Of a stretch of DNA of 64,000 nt, positions 41,396 through 51,491 are shown in pieces (position 1 is the first letter of the stretch; every line of letters begins with the position of its first letter). This DNA is from Promethearchaeota archaeon (GTDB lineage: Archaea > Asgardarchaeota > Lokiarchaeia > Sigyniarchaeales > SOKP01). The stretch covers positions 512,001 to 576,000 of the forward strand of contig JAHPZA010000010.1 in NCBI GenBank assembly GCA_019058445.1, written 5' to 3'. A program made the position numbers and the translations under genes. Below the pieces are notes generated by a model. That model was not told the origin of the DNA, ran no database searches, and worked only from the letters and a program-made list of their open reading frames with translations.

Positions 41396-42163
41396 ATGGC
41401 AGAAGATGCTGTGTTATATGAAAAAAAGGGTGATATTGGCACCATTACGCTAAATAAACCCGAACAGCGAAATACTTTGGATTTACAAACTAACAATTTA
41501 TTAATAGAAAAATTCAAAGAAAGTGCTGAAAATGGCGATGAATGCGTAATTTATGCCGCAAATGGAAAACATTTTACCGTAGGGGCAGATCTTAAGTATG
41601 GATACGAGTTAGTATGCAATACTGAAAGACTGGCTGAGGGTGTAGAGTTTATGGAATCATGGCAACATATAACGAGAGCCATGTACGCTCATCCAGGAAT
41701 TATTATTGTAGGTTATCATGGCTGGGTCATTGGTGGAGGGTTTGAACATACGCTTGCCAGTGATTTACGTATTGCCGCTACTGATTCTAGGATAATGCTT
41801 CCGGAAGTGGGGGTCGGACTGTTTTTTTCAAATGCTTCAACAAAGATATTGCCACGAATAATAGGAGAAGGTAGGGCTAAAGAGCTGATGCTTTTAGGTA
41901 AAGAAATATCAGCAGAACAGGCTCTCAACATGGGATTAGTGAGTGAGGTCTGTAAGCCTGAATCACTTAAAAGAATACTTAAAAAAACAGCTAATAGTAT
42001 TGTACAAAAAGATCATCTCGCAATCAGACTCACAAAACAATTCATTAATGAAAATCAAGATATCGACGTTGAAGGGGTTTTAGCAAGGGAATCCGTTGCG
42101 ATGATAACAACAGGACAATCTGAGGGGTTAAAAGAAAAATTAAAGAAATTTGTTGAACATTAA
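41396..42163 (+). CDS. Enoyl-CoA hydratase/isomerase (crotonase family)
   Basis: ITLNKP..RN, FTVGADL, IGGGFE..LASDLRIA, PEV.VG, A.QAL.MGLV. Confidence 0.92.
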   Translation: MAEDAVLYEKKGDIGTITLNKPEQRNTLDLQTNNLLIEKFKESAENGDECVIYAANGKHFTVGADLKYGYELVCNTERLAEGVEFMESWQHITRAMYAHPGIIIVGYHGWVIGGGFEHTLASDLRIAATDSRIMLPEVGVGLFFSNASTKILPRIIGEGRAKELMLLGKEISAEQALNMGLVSEVCKPESLKRILKKTANSIVQKDHLAIRLTKQFINENQDIDVEGVLARESVAMITTGQSEGLKEKLKKFVEH

Positions 42164-42341
42164 AATTGAGATCCAAATTAAAGCTAATATCGTCTATTTA
42201 TTATTTCTATTCTTTTTTCTTTATGCATATGTTTTTAAGAGTATTTTTAAGAGATACTTTCTCACAAATTAATAACTAATTTTTAGTTTTAGACATTCTA
42301 ATATTTAATAATGAAAAGTTATGATTTAAAGTGAGAAAAAA

Positions 42342-43535
42342 ATGAGTTTTACTATTAAGGATCCCACAATTTTGGATGAGTTAGGGCCTGAGAGAATTGT
42401 ATTATTACGAGATCCAAATGTAGGTATGACAGGAATCTTTGTAATAGATAATACCGCTATAGGTTGGCCTGCGGGTGGCATCCGAATGGCTCCAGATATT
42501 ACTATCGAAGAGATAGCGAGATTAGCTCGAGCAATGACTTATAAATTTGCTTCTTATCGGCTCAAGGTTGGTGGTGCCAAGGCAGGCATTATGGCAGATC
42601 CCCGTTCAAAAAATAAAGATTTATTAATTGCCAGTTTTGCGGAAGCTATAAAGACTTATATAATAGAGGATCGATATATATGCGGTCCAGACATGGGTAC
42701 TTATGATAGGGATATAGAAAGAATTTTTAGTATTATTGGTAAACCCGGATTAGCCCCTAAACCATTAGGAATGAAAAGAAATGGATTTCCTGTTGAGGAA
42801 TTATTCACTGGATATGGCGTATGTTATTGTATAGAGGCAGTTTTTAATCACTTAAAAAATAGAGGGGTATTTGAACAGGACTACAAACCAAAAATTATCT
42901 TAGAGGGATTTGGAAAAGTCGGAGTAGGTATAGCAATGGGTTTGCAAGAAATAGGATTTAAATTAACGGGGGTTTCAACAATAAATGGAGCGATCTTCAA
43001 TGAAGATGGACTTGACTTGGCAAAATTATTAGAATTAAAACTTCAATATGGAGATGATTTAATTAATCAATATGAGGCTAAAAATCTAATAAAAATTGAA
43101 AAGGAAAAGCTATTTGAACTTTCATCAGAATACTCTACCGACTTTATTATTCCTGGAGCAAGACAGGATGTAATTAATTCAAAAAACATTGATAAGATTG
43201 ATGCTAAAGCAATTGTTCCGGCATCTAATATCCCATATGAAGCGGGAATAACCAAAACTCTTAAAGAAAAAGGCATAATCGATTTTCCAGATTTTGTTGC
43301 GAACGCTGGAGAAATTTTGGCTATTGGTATAAATAAAGTAGCAAAGCATCCAGATGAAATATTTGATTATGTTAAATCACAAATTGATGAAAAAGCCATG
43401 GAAATTGTTAAAGGAGCTTTAGAAAAAGACCTCTCCGCCTACCATTATGCTATTGAAGATGCTCTTAGCTATGTCAAGAAATATTTAAATAGAAGGTCCA
43501 AAAGAATAGAGAAATTAAATAAGAAGTATCAGTAA
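42342..43535 (+). CDS. Glu/Leu/Phe/Val dehydrogenase
   Basis: GGIR, LARAMTYK, GGAKAG, GPDMGT, TGYGV, GFGKVG, PDFVANAG. Confidence 0.92.
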   Translation: MSFTIKDPTILDELGPERIVLLRDPNVGMTGIFVIDNTAIGWPAGGIRMAPDITIEEIARLARAMTYKFASYRLKVGGAKAGIMADPRSKNKDLLIASFAEAIKTYIIEDRYICGPDMGTYDRDIERIFSIIGKPGLAPKPLGMKRNGFPVEELFTGYGVCYCIEAVFNHLKNRGVFEQDYKPKIILEGFGKVGVGIAMGLQEIGFKLTGVSTINGAIFNEDGLDLAKLLELKLQYGDDLINQYEAKNLIKIEKEKLFELSSEYSTDFIIPGARQDVINSKNIDKIDAKAIVPASNIPYEAGITKTLKEKGIIDFPDFVANAGEILAIGINKVAKHPDEIFDYVKSQIDEKAMEIVKGALEKDLSAYHYAIEDALSYVKKYLNRRSKRIEKLNKKYQ

Positions 43536-43668
43536 GGATTGAAAATTATTATTATTTCTTTTATTTCATTTTTTTTCCCAAAATTAATGTTTTAAGTATT
43601 GGAAAGGATCCTTATCCATCATTCTTAGGATAAGAAATTTTTTTTAATGAGTTACAATTTTATCACCT

Positions 43669-44958
43669 ATGGAAATTAAGGGACCAATTTTATTTGAGGC
43701 ATATCCTAGTCTTAAGAAAAAAATTCCTTGGATGCCTTTACTTACGAATCTACCAACTTCCGTGGATCGTCTAACTGAGTTAGAAAAAGAGCTCAATTTG
43801 AAGAATGGAGAGATCTATATAAAACGAGATGATAAAAATCATCATATTTATGGGGGAAATAAGCTAAGAAAATTCGAGTTTATATTTGCAGAAGCGATGA
43901 GGAAAAAAAAGAAAGGAATGATTACGTTAGGAGGCATAGGAACGAATCATGGGATAGCATGTGCAATTGTAGCTAGGGAACTGGGATTAAAATGTTATTT
44001 ATTTTTATCTCATCAACCATTGACTTGGCATGTCCAGCGTTCATTATTACTTTATGATTATTTTGGCGCAAAGTTGCATCTTAGTAAAAGTTTTGAAGTT
44101 GGGATATTGAAGAGCCTATTCTTCAGACTATTTCATCCGAACTATTATTTAATGTCAATTGGTGGAACACCACTTTTTGGTATAGGAACGTCATTAGGTT
44201 CAATCGGTTTTATTAATGCAATGTTTGAACTAAAAAAACAAATTGACCAAAACATTATTCCTGAGCCAGATGTAATTTTTGTTGCGGGAGGATCTACGGG
44301 AACAGGAGCTGGGTTAATCGCAGGTTGTAAGTTATTAGGATTAACTATAGATGTAAAAATTGTCAATGTTTCCAAGGATATCATCGTTAATAATTCAGCT
44401 GTTATGAAAAACGCGAATAAAGCCATTAAATATATGAGAAAATATGATAAAACTATTCCTGATATCAGTATTACCTCAGACGATTTTGAAATTGTACAGG
44501 GATATGTCGGATCTGATTATGGTGTTAAAACACATAGGGCTCAAAAAGCAGTTGATCTAATAACCGAACTTGAGGCGAAAAATAAGAATTTTAAATTAGA
44601 AACTACATATACAGGCAAAACTATGGCTGCGATGATTGACTTTCTTAAGGAAAAAGAAAATAAATCTAAAAAAGTTCTCTTTTGGAATACTTATAATTCG
44701 AATGATCTGGATAAATACCTCAAAGAAACTCAATTTGATTATAAAAAACTTCCCACTAAGTTTCATAAATTTTACGAAGATACTTCATTCCAATGTTGGC
44801 AAATTGTTGGTTGTCCCAAGGAATTAAGAGAAAAATGTCCCGCGTTTTTAAATCATGAATATAGATTTTGGAAAGTTTCAGAATGCTCTCTTGACTCAGA
44901 AAAAATAAAAAAGGCAAAAGAAGAATTAACTCAAGTTATAGAGTTAGAAGATGCGTAA
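43669..44958 (+). CDS. D-cysteine desulfhydrase/ACC deaminase family PLP enzyme with C-terminal Cys-rich extension
   Basis: IKRDD, GGNKLRK, TNH, GSTGT.AGL, LETTYTGK, LFWNT; tail CWQ..GC..CPA..C. Confidence 0.88.
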   Translation: MEIKGPILFEAYPSLKKKIPWMPLLTNLPTSVDRLTELEKELNLKNGEIYIKRDDKNHHIYGGNKLRKFEFIFAEAMRKKKKGMITLGGIGTNHGIACAIVARELGLKCYLFLSHQPLTWHVQRSLLLYDYFGAKLHLSKSFEVGILKSLFFRLFHPNYYLMSIGGTPLFGIGTSLGSIGFINAMFELKKQIDQNIIPEPDVIFVAGGSTGTGAGLIAGCKLLGLTIDVKIVNVSKDIIVNNSAVMKNANKAIKYMRKYDKTIPDISITSDDFEIVQGYVGSDYGVKTHRAQKAVDLITELEAKNKNFKLETTYTGKTMAAMIDFLKEKENKSKKVLFWNTYNSNDLDKYLKETQFDYKKLPTKFHKFYEDTSFQCWQIVGCPKELREKCPAFLNHEYRFWKVSECSLDSEKIKKAKEELTQVIELEDA

Positions 44959-45062
44959 TTGAGATACTATGGAAATTTCACGTAGATTAATTATTATAAA
45001 ATCAATATTTTAAAATGCATTTGATTTATAATATTTAATCGATCTCTAAATATAATCTTAAA

Positions 45063-46016
45063 GTGTTTGAAATGAATGATAATAATAATTCTATATCTGA
45101 GTCAAATTTAACTAATGATGAATCAAGAATGCCCTCTCGATATAAATCGGGGATTAAATCACACATCAAAATACTTCCTTTTATATTAATAATTTATATT
45201 ATTTATGGTATTTATTTGTCAACAACTCTTACTTCAACAGAGGAATTAGTACCACTTATCATAGGCAATGCATTCACCGATATGCTGATACTTTACTTTT
45301 TAATACCGCTTTCTTGTTTTTTATTAATAATTATCAGTCCCTTTATAGCATTGATATATTACAAAATCTACATTAGAATTTTTAGAGATTCAAAGCTCTA
45401 TTTTCTGGATATGCGAGTGCAGCTTGGTGAATGGTCAACTGGCAATGTAGTTAAGCGAGCAATTCTTCCGGGATTGATGATTTGTGCGCTATCCCAGATA
45501 TTTGTAAATGCTTTTGGTATTTTATTGTGGGTTCCAGGAGATTTGCGAAATAATTTAGGTCTTGCTTTATTTAACGCTGCTTTTATTGTATTTCCTTTAG
45601 TAATAGTTCTCTTAGTACCTCTCTGGTTATTATTTGATGCGGGGGTTATGAGCAAAACGAAACCAGAGGTAATATATCAGAAACGTACACCTGAAACAAT
45701 TGAACCTGTCGAGCAGTTTTTTCTAACTCGATATCGGGGATTTGGAGGGCTTGCGTTTTTATTAAGCTTTTTTTCAATGATTATACAAATAGGTTTACAA
45801 GCAATTTCTCCATTAACGATATTGTTTATGATTTTCGTGCCTTTTTTAGGTATTGCTTTATTTATCCCAGCACAAGTAATGTATGAAAAGATATTACCCT
45901 TTATGACAAGAATGATTCATAAATCGACTAAACTCCATGATTCTGAGCTCTCTATAGTTACAGCAGAACAATGTCCTGCATGCAATCCAAGGTATAAGAA
46001 GAAAAATTCTAAATAG
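45063..46016 (+). CDS. Polytopic membrane protein, function unknown
   Basis: About six TM segments; C-terminal CPAC. Confidence 0.65.
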   Translation: MFEMNDNNNSISESNLTNDESRMPSRYKSGIKSHIKILPFILIIYIIYGIYLSTTLTSTEELVPLIIGNAFTDMLILYFLIPLSCFLLIIISPFIALIYYKIYIRIFRDSKLYFLDMRVQLGEWSTGNVVKRAILPGLMICALSQIFVNAFGILLWVPGDLRNNLGLALFNAAFIVFPLVIVLLVPLWLLFDAGVMSKTKPEVIYQKRTPETIEPVEQFFLTRYRGFGGLAFLLSFFSMIIQIGLQAISPLTILFMIFVPFLGIALFIPAQVMYEKILPFMTRMIHKSTKLHDSELSIVTAEQCPACNPRYKKKNSK

Positions 46017-46035
46017 TCTTTCTTGTTTATCAAAA

Positions 46036-46881
46036 TCATCTAATTTTTGGCGGTCCTTTTTGTATTAGAGAACGCATTTCTTCGAAAGATCCCCTTAGTC
46101 CATAAATCCCTTCAATCCACCATGTTACTCCCGCTTCCGCAAAAGAAGTAATCAATTCTACTGCTTTCTCTGGATCATCTGGTAAATCAGTGCCAAGACA
46201 TACATCAAAAGAACTGGAAGAAGTTCGATATCCCTCAATATAGCTCATCATATCTTTTACATCCTTATGTGTTAATTGTTTTGGCCAGTCTGCGTGTATT
46301 GGGACTACTCCATCCCATTTTGCTGCTCTCCGAAATGGTGCCTTAGCAGGCCAACCACCTCCAACCCATATAGGAATTCTAGTGCTTTGAATGGGTTTTG
46401 GTAAGAATTTTACTTTTTTTAATTGATAATGTTCTCCTTTATAGCCAAACAAATTACCACTCCAGAGCCCTGTTATGATATCCAATCCCTCATCAAGTTT
46501 TTTCGCAAGTATTTTTGGATCCGGATTTTCTCCAAAAGTCGCATATTCTGTTTTAAAGGGAGCTCCAAGCCCTACACCGAGAATTAGACGCCCGTTAGAT
46601 AAATGATCAAGGGAAATGGTCTCTCGAGCTAATTTCCAAGGCCGACGACGTGGAATAGGAGTAATCATTGTGCCAATTCGTATTTTCTCTGTTTTCATTG
46701 CAACTGCTGCGAGAGCAATCCACGGATCTACCATTTCATAGTTCCCGCTTCTCTCAAATAGCATATGATCCCATAAGAAAAATCCATCCCAACCCGCTCG
46801 CTCCGCTTCAAATGCTAAATCTGCCAATCTTCTTGGATGGAAATAATCACCAAAGTTTGTAATACTTAAAGCAAATTTCAA
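46036..46881 (-). CDS. LLM-class flavin/F420-dependent oxidoreductase
   Basis: AE.AGWDGFFLWDH, DPW.ALAA.A..T..IRIG, LDHLSNGRLILGVGLG, PIWVGG. Confidence 0.92.
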   Translation of the reverse strand: MKFALSITNFGDYFHPRRLADLAFEAERAGWDGFFLWDHMLFERSGNYEMVDPWIALAAVAMKTEKIRIGTMITPIPRRRPWKLARETISLDHLSNGRLILGVGLGAPFKTEYATFGENPDPKILAKKLDEGLDIITGLWSGNLFGYKGEHYQLKKVKFLPKPIQSTRIPIWVGGGWPAKAPFRRAAKWDGVVPIHADWPKQLTHKDVKDMMSYIEGYRTSSSSFDVCLGTDLPDDPEKAVELITSFAEAGVTWWIEGIYGLRGSFEEMRSLIQKGPPKIR

Positions 46882-46922
46882 GTCTCATCACAGCTCATTC
46901 AATTTCATATTACAATTAGTAG

Positions 46923-47429
46923 TTATTTTATAATTCTAGTTATTTCTCCTAAACTTTTTCTGGGTATTGATTTAGGGATCTTTCCCTTTATATATCCCGC
47001 CGCTAAAACTGTTAAGAGAAAATCATTCTTTCCAAGACCTAATAATTCTTTAGCATATTCTCTATCCATGCTTCCAATCCAGCACATACCGATATTTAGA
47101 GTCCAGGCCATAAGCATCATATTCATAGACGCTAATGAAGTATCTTGGATATACCAATTTGGATTTTCCAGTTTTTTACCTATTATAGCAATGCCCAAGG
47201 GAGCATTTTTAAGAGGTAATCCATAAGCACCTGTTTTAGATATTTTTTGCAAAATCTCTCGATTTTTTATTACAATAAATTCCCATGGTTGCCTATTTGA
47301 AGCACTTGGAGTCCATCTTCCTGCCTCTAAAATCATTTCAATATGTTCTTTAGTGATTGGTTTATCTTGATAATTACGTATGGTTCTCCTTTTTTTTAAA
47401 AACTCTAAAAATTCCTCTGGTTTAGTCAT
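46923..47429 (-). CDS. Nitroreductase family protein
   Basis: RRTIRNY, PSASNRQPWEF, NMML.AW...IG.CWIG, RK. Confidence 0.92.
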   Translation of the reverse strand: MTKPEEFLEFLKKRRTIRNYQDKPITKEHIEMILEAGRWTPSASNRQPWEFIVIKNREILQKISKTGAYGLPLKNAPLGIAIIGKKLENPNWYIQDTSLASMNMMLMAWTLNIGMCWIGSMDREYAKELLGLGKNDFLLTVLAAGYIKGKIPKSIPRKSLGEITRIIK

Positions 47430-47618
47430 GTTATTGCCTCATCCTCATTCTTAACAATTTCATAAAAATTATAGGATATGAATTTCTTAAATCATTTTAG
47501 TTTATTAATTATAATCCTTTTAAAATATTGTTTCTGATTCATTGAAATTTGTAGACTTAAATATTTAAAATAATTCATATTATCTAAATCAAAATTATAA
47601 GAATTAAAGGTAAAAATA

Positions 47619-48785
47619 ATGAATAGTAAACTAAAAGCAATTAAAGACCCCCCAAGTAAACAAGAGCTTTCTAATCGAATAGAAAAAGTTAGAGATTTAA
47701 TGAAACAACAAAATTTGGATTATTATGTTTGCTATGATCCGGTGAATATTTATTATCTGACAAATTTTGCTTTTTATGTTCATGAGAGACCCTTTATTTT
47801 TGTTATACCAAAAGAAGGCCTTCCAAAAATGATCATTCCCCTCCTAGAAAAAGGACATTTTGAACAAAGAGCAAAAATTGATTATGAGATGGCTTTTTAC
47901 TATGAATTTCCTGCTCTTAGTGGTGAAAATTGGTATGACATCTATCATAAAATTATTGATAATGATTCAAAGGTGGGTATAGAATCCGCTATGCCTATGG
48001 GAATTGCCAATAAAACACCGGGAAAGAAAGTGGTAACCGATATTGTTGAGGAAGCTCGTTTAATTAAAACAGATTATGAAATCGGACGTACTATACATGC
48101 ATGTAAAGTAATAAATAAAGGGCATAAAGTATTGCTTAAAATGTGCCGTCCTAAAGTGTTACTATTTGCTCTCTACCGTGAAGTTTCTAATGCTATGACA
48201 TCTAAAATAGTTCAAGATATCCCTAATGCCAACTTTAGAGTTGTTGATACAATGGGAATAGTGTGGCCTCCATCTATTTCTCATGATCCACATTTAATTC
48301 CACATATTTTTGATGAGGTGGAGGAAGGCGGACCCCATGTTTCTATTGTTCAAGCTCAGGTTGATGGATATGGTGTAGAAATTGAGAGAACATTCTTTCT
48401 AGGTCATATTCCTGAAAAAGCTAAAAAACCCTTTGAAACTATGTTCCAAGCGAGGGCAATGGCATATGATTTACTAAAGCCTGGAACTATTATGAGTGAG
48501 ATTGATAAAAAAGTACGTAATTTTATAAAGGATAATGGTTATGGTGATTACATTCTCCACAGGACAGGTCATGGGTTAGGAATCACGGGGCATGAGGCAC
48601 CTTATCTTGCAGAAGGGTATGATCGTGCACTTGAACCAGGAATGATAGTAAGTGTTGAGCCAGGGATCTATATTCCGGGAGTTGGAGGTTTTCGGCACTC
48701 TGATACAGTTTTGATAACTGAAGATGGGTATATGAAATTATCCAAAGCTCCAGAAGAACTCGATGATTTAATAATTTCTATATAA
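47619..48785 (+). CDS. M24 family Xaa-Pro peptidase/creatinase-like protein
   Basis: NIYYLTNF, R.IKT..EI, HRTGHGLG..HE.P, SVEPGIY. Confidence 0.88.
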   Translation: MNSKLKAIKDPPSKQELSNRIEKVRDLMKQQNLDYYVCYDPVNIYYLTNFAFYVHERPFIFVIPKEGLPKMIIPLLEKGHFEQRAKIDYEMAFYYEFPALSGENWYDIYHKIIDNDSKVGIESAMPMGIANKTPGKKVVTDIVEEARLIKTDYEIGRTIHACKVINKGHKVLLKMCRPKVLLFALYREVSNAMTSKIVQDIPNANFRVVDTMGIVWPPSISHDPHLIPHIFDEVEEGGPHVSIVQAQVDGYGVEIERTFFLGHIPEKAKKPFETMFQARAMAYDLLKPGTIMSEIDKKVRNFIKDNGYGDYILHRTGHGLGITGHEAPYLAEGYDRALEPGMIVSVEPGIYIPGVGGFRHSDTVLITEDGYMKLSKAPEELDDLIISI

Positions 48786-48832
48786 AAAATATTACTGAGA
48801 ATTAAGATTTTTGAAATAGAGAAAGTGATATC

Positions 48833-50032
48833 ATGACACAAAAAGATAAAGCGTATAAAATTATCCATAAGACGATATCTCAACCCGTAAACCATTCAGA
48901 ACCAGATGGTACAAAATTTACACAGCATATAGACATTCTCATACCTGAAGATGTTCCTGTTGATGCTCCAGTATTTTTTCATTTGGGGAATGAACAACAG
49001 CTCGATGAAGATAAATTAATTTTATTGTATGATGCATATGGTAAAAGAAATGATATAGTTTATCTCCATGCTGAACATAGAGGATACGGTCAAAGTCTAA
49101 CTTTAGACAAAGATCAGTCCATACCCTCATATGTGCGTATAGACCAAACTCTTGCGGATTATCATCATGTCATTCAAGCACTGAAAGAGGAATATACTGG
49201 TCCTTGGATGGGAGCAGGATATAGTTATGGGGGAGGTTTGGTAATAAATTTCGCCTCCGAATACCCTGATGATGTGAATGCCATTTTATCTTCAAGCGGA
49301 GTTGTCGACTGGCCATTCATAATGGATACTTACGACCATCAGATGAGAATAAATTTTAGTGAGAAACTCTATCAAGGTTTTGTCAAACACATCAACAATC
49401 TTGAACCTAAGGAACTATTTGATGAAAATTGGTTGAATAGGGAATTCTTAATTGCATATTGCCATGGGCTCGCTCAAAGAGAGGAACTCAAGAGGGTTCA
49501 AAAATCAATTGAAAATTTAATTACCACACTTCCTACAGAAGAGTTACTTGAAAGATTGCATCAAATTGACAATGAATTAGCAGAAGGAGAAGGCTGGCAA
49601 TATGCTACATCGAACGGTAAATTAACTTTAACCCGAGAGGAAGCATTAACCGCAAAATACACATGGAGGGTATGGCGTTATCAACAATGGTTGGAAACAG
49701 GTATTTTTGAGGTTTCAGAAAAACCAAACGGAGTTTTTACAAGAACATATAAAGATTTTATCGAAGAGGGAATTGCATTATTCGGTGAAGAACCTCCATC
49801 AGCGAAAAATCCCGAATGGTCTCCTCGAAGTATGGTTCAAAATTTAAAAGTTCCATTAGTTTATGTGTGCGGTGGTATGGACCCTTGGAGAGGGCTCTGT
49901 CTAGAACCGGATTACAACATTAAAAATGGACAATATTTCTATTATCCGGAGGGTAGACATTGTCCTGAGAAGGATAAATTACGTCGTGGCAGAGAAGTTA
50001 TGGATTGTTTATTAAATTTTGCTCAGAAGTAA
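48833..50032 (+). CDS. S28/S37-like serine peptidase (alpha/beta hydrolase)
   Basis: F.Q, AEHRGYGQS, Q.LAD, GYSYGG nucleophile elbow, G.DPW, RHC. Confidence 0.8.
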   Translation: MTQKDKAYKIIHKTISQPVNHSEPDGTKFTQHIDILIPEDVPVDAPVFFHLGNEQQLDEDKLILLYDAYGKRNDIVYLHAEHRGYGQSLTLDKDQSIPSYVRIDQTLADYHHVIQALKEEYTGPWMGAGYSYGGGLVINFASEYPDDVNAILSSSGVVDWPFIMDTYDHQMRINFSEKLYQGFVKHINNLEPKELFDENWLNREFLIAYCHGLAQREELKRVQKSIENLITTLPTEELLERLHQIDNELAEGEGWQYATSNGKLTLTREEALTAKYTWRVWRYQQWLETGIFEVSEKPNGVFTRTYKDFIEEGIALFGEEPPSAKNPEWSPRSMVQNLKVPLVYVCGGMDPWRGLCLEPDYNIKNGQYFYYPEGRHCPEKDKLRRGREVMDCLLNFAQK

Positions 50033-50081
50033 TTCTTAAAATTTCAAAATTTATTTTTATAATTTTTTCTTATTATTATTA

Positions 50082-51491
50082 ATGCCTTTGGCTGATCTAA
50101 AAACAACATTTTCCATTAAAGAGCTTAGGGGTAGCTCTAGCATTGCTTCTGAAAAGCGTGACTTTATGAGAAAATATTACCCCTCTATACGTCACGATCC
50201 TCATGAAGGCTTTCTTTATGGATTTTTATGCTTAATTTATGACGGAGTAAATAAAATTGAGGATTTGAAAAATAAAATGCGCTTATTTTTCATTTCCGCT
50301 TCAAAACAAGTTGTTGTGGAGGATCAAGACGTCGAAGAGTATTTACAATATGCTAGAAAAAAACAACTGATTAAGGAGGATACTGATGGGACTATATACC
50401 TCACGGAAAATGGTGAAAAATTAGTAGAATTGAGCTATTATTCTACTTTACATGCTTCTTATTGGATGAATTTAATATTTAATGAAAACATTATGCTAAT
50501 AACCACGGCTATTTTTTTAATGATATTAGCATCTATGAAGATATTTGTAGGGATGCAATTAGCATCCCAAGGCATGGTATATGAAGGATTTGAAAATCTA
50601 ACCGATCTACTTAAGGTTGCGATAATTTTTTTGGTTGGATTCAAATTGAAGAGGGATAAAGTCGCTAGTATCATAATTATTGGGATAATGATGTTTACAG
50701 GAGTCATTCTAATATGGTCCGGTATTGAAGCTTTACTGAATCCGACGCCGATTATACCAACAGTTCAGGCGTATATGATCTGTTTTTTTTCCGTTATCCT
50801 GAATTTAGCATTAATGTTTCTGAAAAGCTTGGTTGGCCGTACTTCTGGAAATCTTTCATTACTAAGTGATTCTAAAGACTCTGGTTTAAACGTAAAAATA
50901 TCATTGGGAGTGGCAATCGGTCTTACGTTTGCTATCTTTAGAATTTATTTTGTAGATGCTCTTATAGGCATAATAATAGCAATATTAATTTTTAAGGAAG
51001 GAATTGAAGTTTTAAGGGAATTATTGGGGCCTGAAGAGGATTTTGATATCACCGCAATAAAAGTTTTGGCAGATAATATCTATGATGATCGGCTCACAGG
51101 ATATATCTTAGGAAGTATAAGACGAGAAACATTAACAAAAGAAGATATTCTAAGAAATTTTGAAGAAGGCTTATATTTAGGACGCCTTTATTATGGTGGA
51201 TTTGCAGATTTCTTTTATCATAATTTAGGGGCGGAGATTGCGGAAAAACACTTACATAAATTAATAAAAGGTAAACTGATTGAAACATTAGGTGAATCTA
51301 TTATAATAACTTCAAAAGGGTTACAAACATATTATAGAGCGAAAGCGAAGGAATATAACAATCGCGCTAAAAGAGTTTATGTGGGTCCCCGAGTTCCTCG
51401 TGGTTTGATATATTTCATAGCATTTATAATTGCATTCATATTATTGATAATTTTTGCTAATGATATTAATCAATGGTTAATGAGCTTTTAA
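50082..51491 (+). CDS. Cation diffusion facilitator-like transporter flanked by winged-helix-like domains
   Basis: Central six TM with K..VG...SQG..EGFENLTD and LLSDSKDS; flanks end in YLTENG and IITSKG wing motifs. Confidence 0.65.
   Translation: MPLADLKTTFSIKELRGSSSIASEKRDFMRKYYPSIRHDPHEGFLYGFLCLIYDGVNKIEDLKNKMRLFFISASKQVVVEDQDVEEYLQYARKKQLIKEDTDGTIYLTENGEKLVELSYYSTLHASYWMNLIFNENIMLITTAIFLMILASMKIFVGMQLASQGMVYEGFENLTDLLKVAIIFLVGFKLKRDKVASIIIIGIMMFTGVILIWSGIEALLNPTPIIPTVQAYMICFFSVILNLALMFLKSLVGRTSGNLSLLSDSKDSGLNVKISLGVAIGLTFAIFRIYFVDALIGIIIAILIFKEGIEVLRELLGPEEDFDITAIKVLADNIYDDRLTGYILGSIRRETLTKEDILRNFEEGLYLGRLYYGGFADFFYHNLGAEIAEKHLHKLIKGKLIETLGESIIITSKGLQTYYRAKAKEYNNRAKRVYVGPRVPRGLIYFIAFIIAFILLIIFANDINQWLMSF

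Noticed and set aside
43611-43634. CTTATCC-N10-GGATAAG dyad
   Set aside because: Only 7 bp; operator, terminator and chance cannot be distinguished
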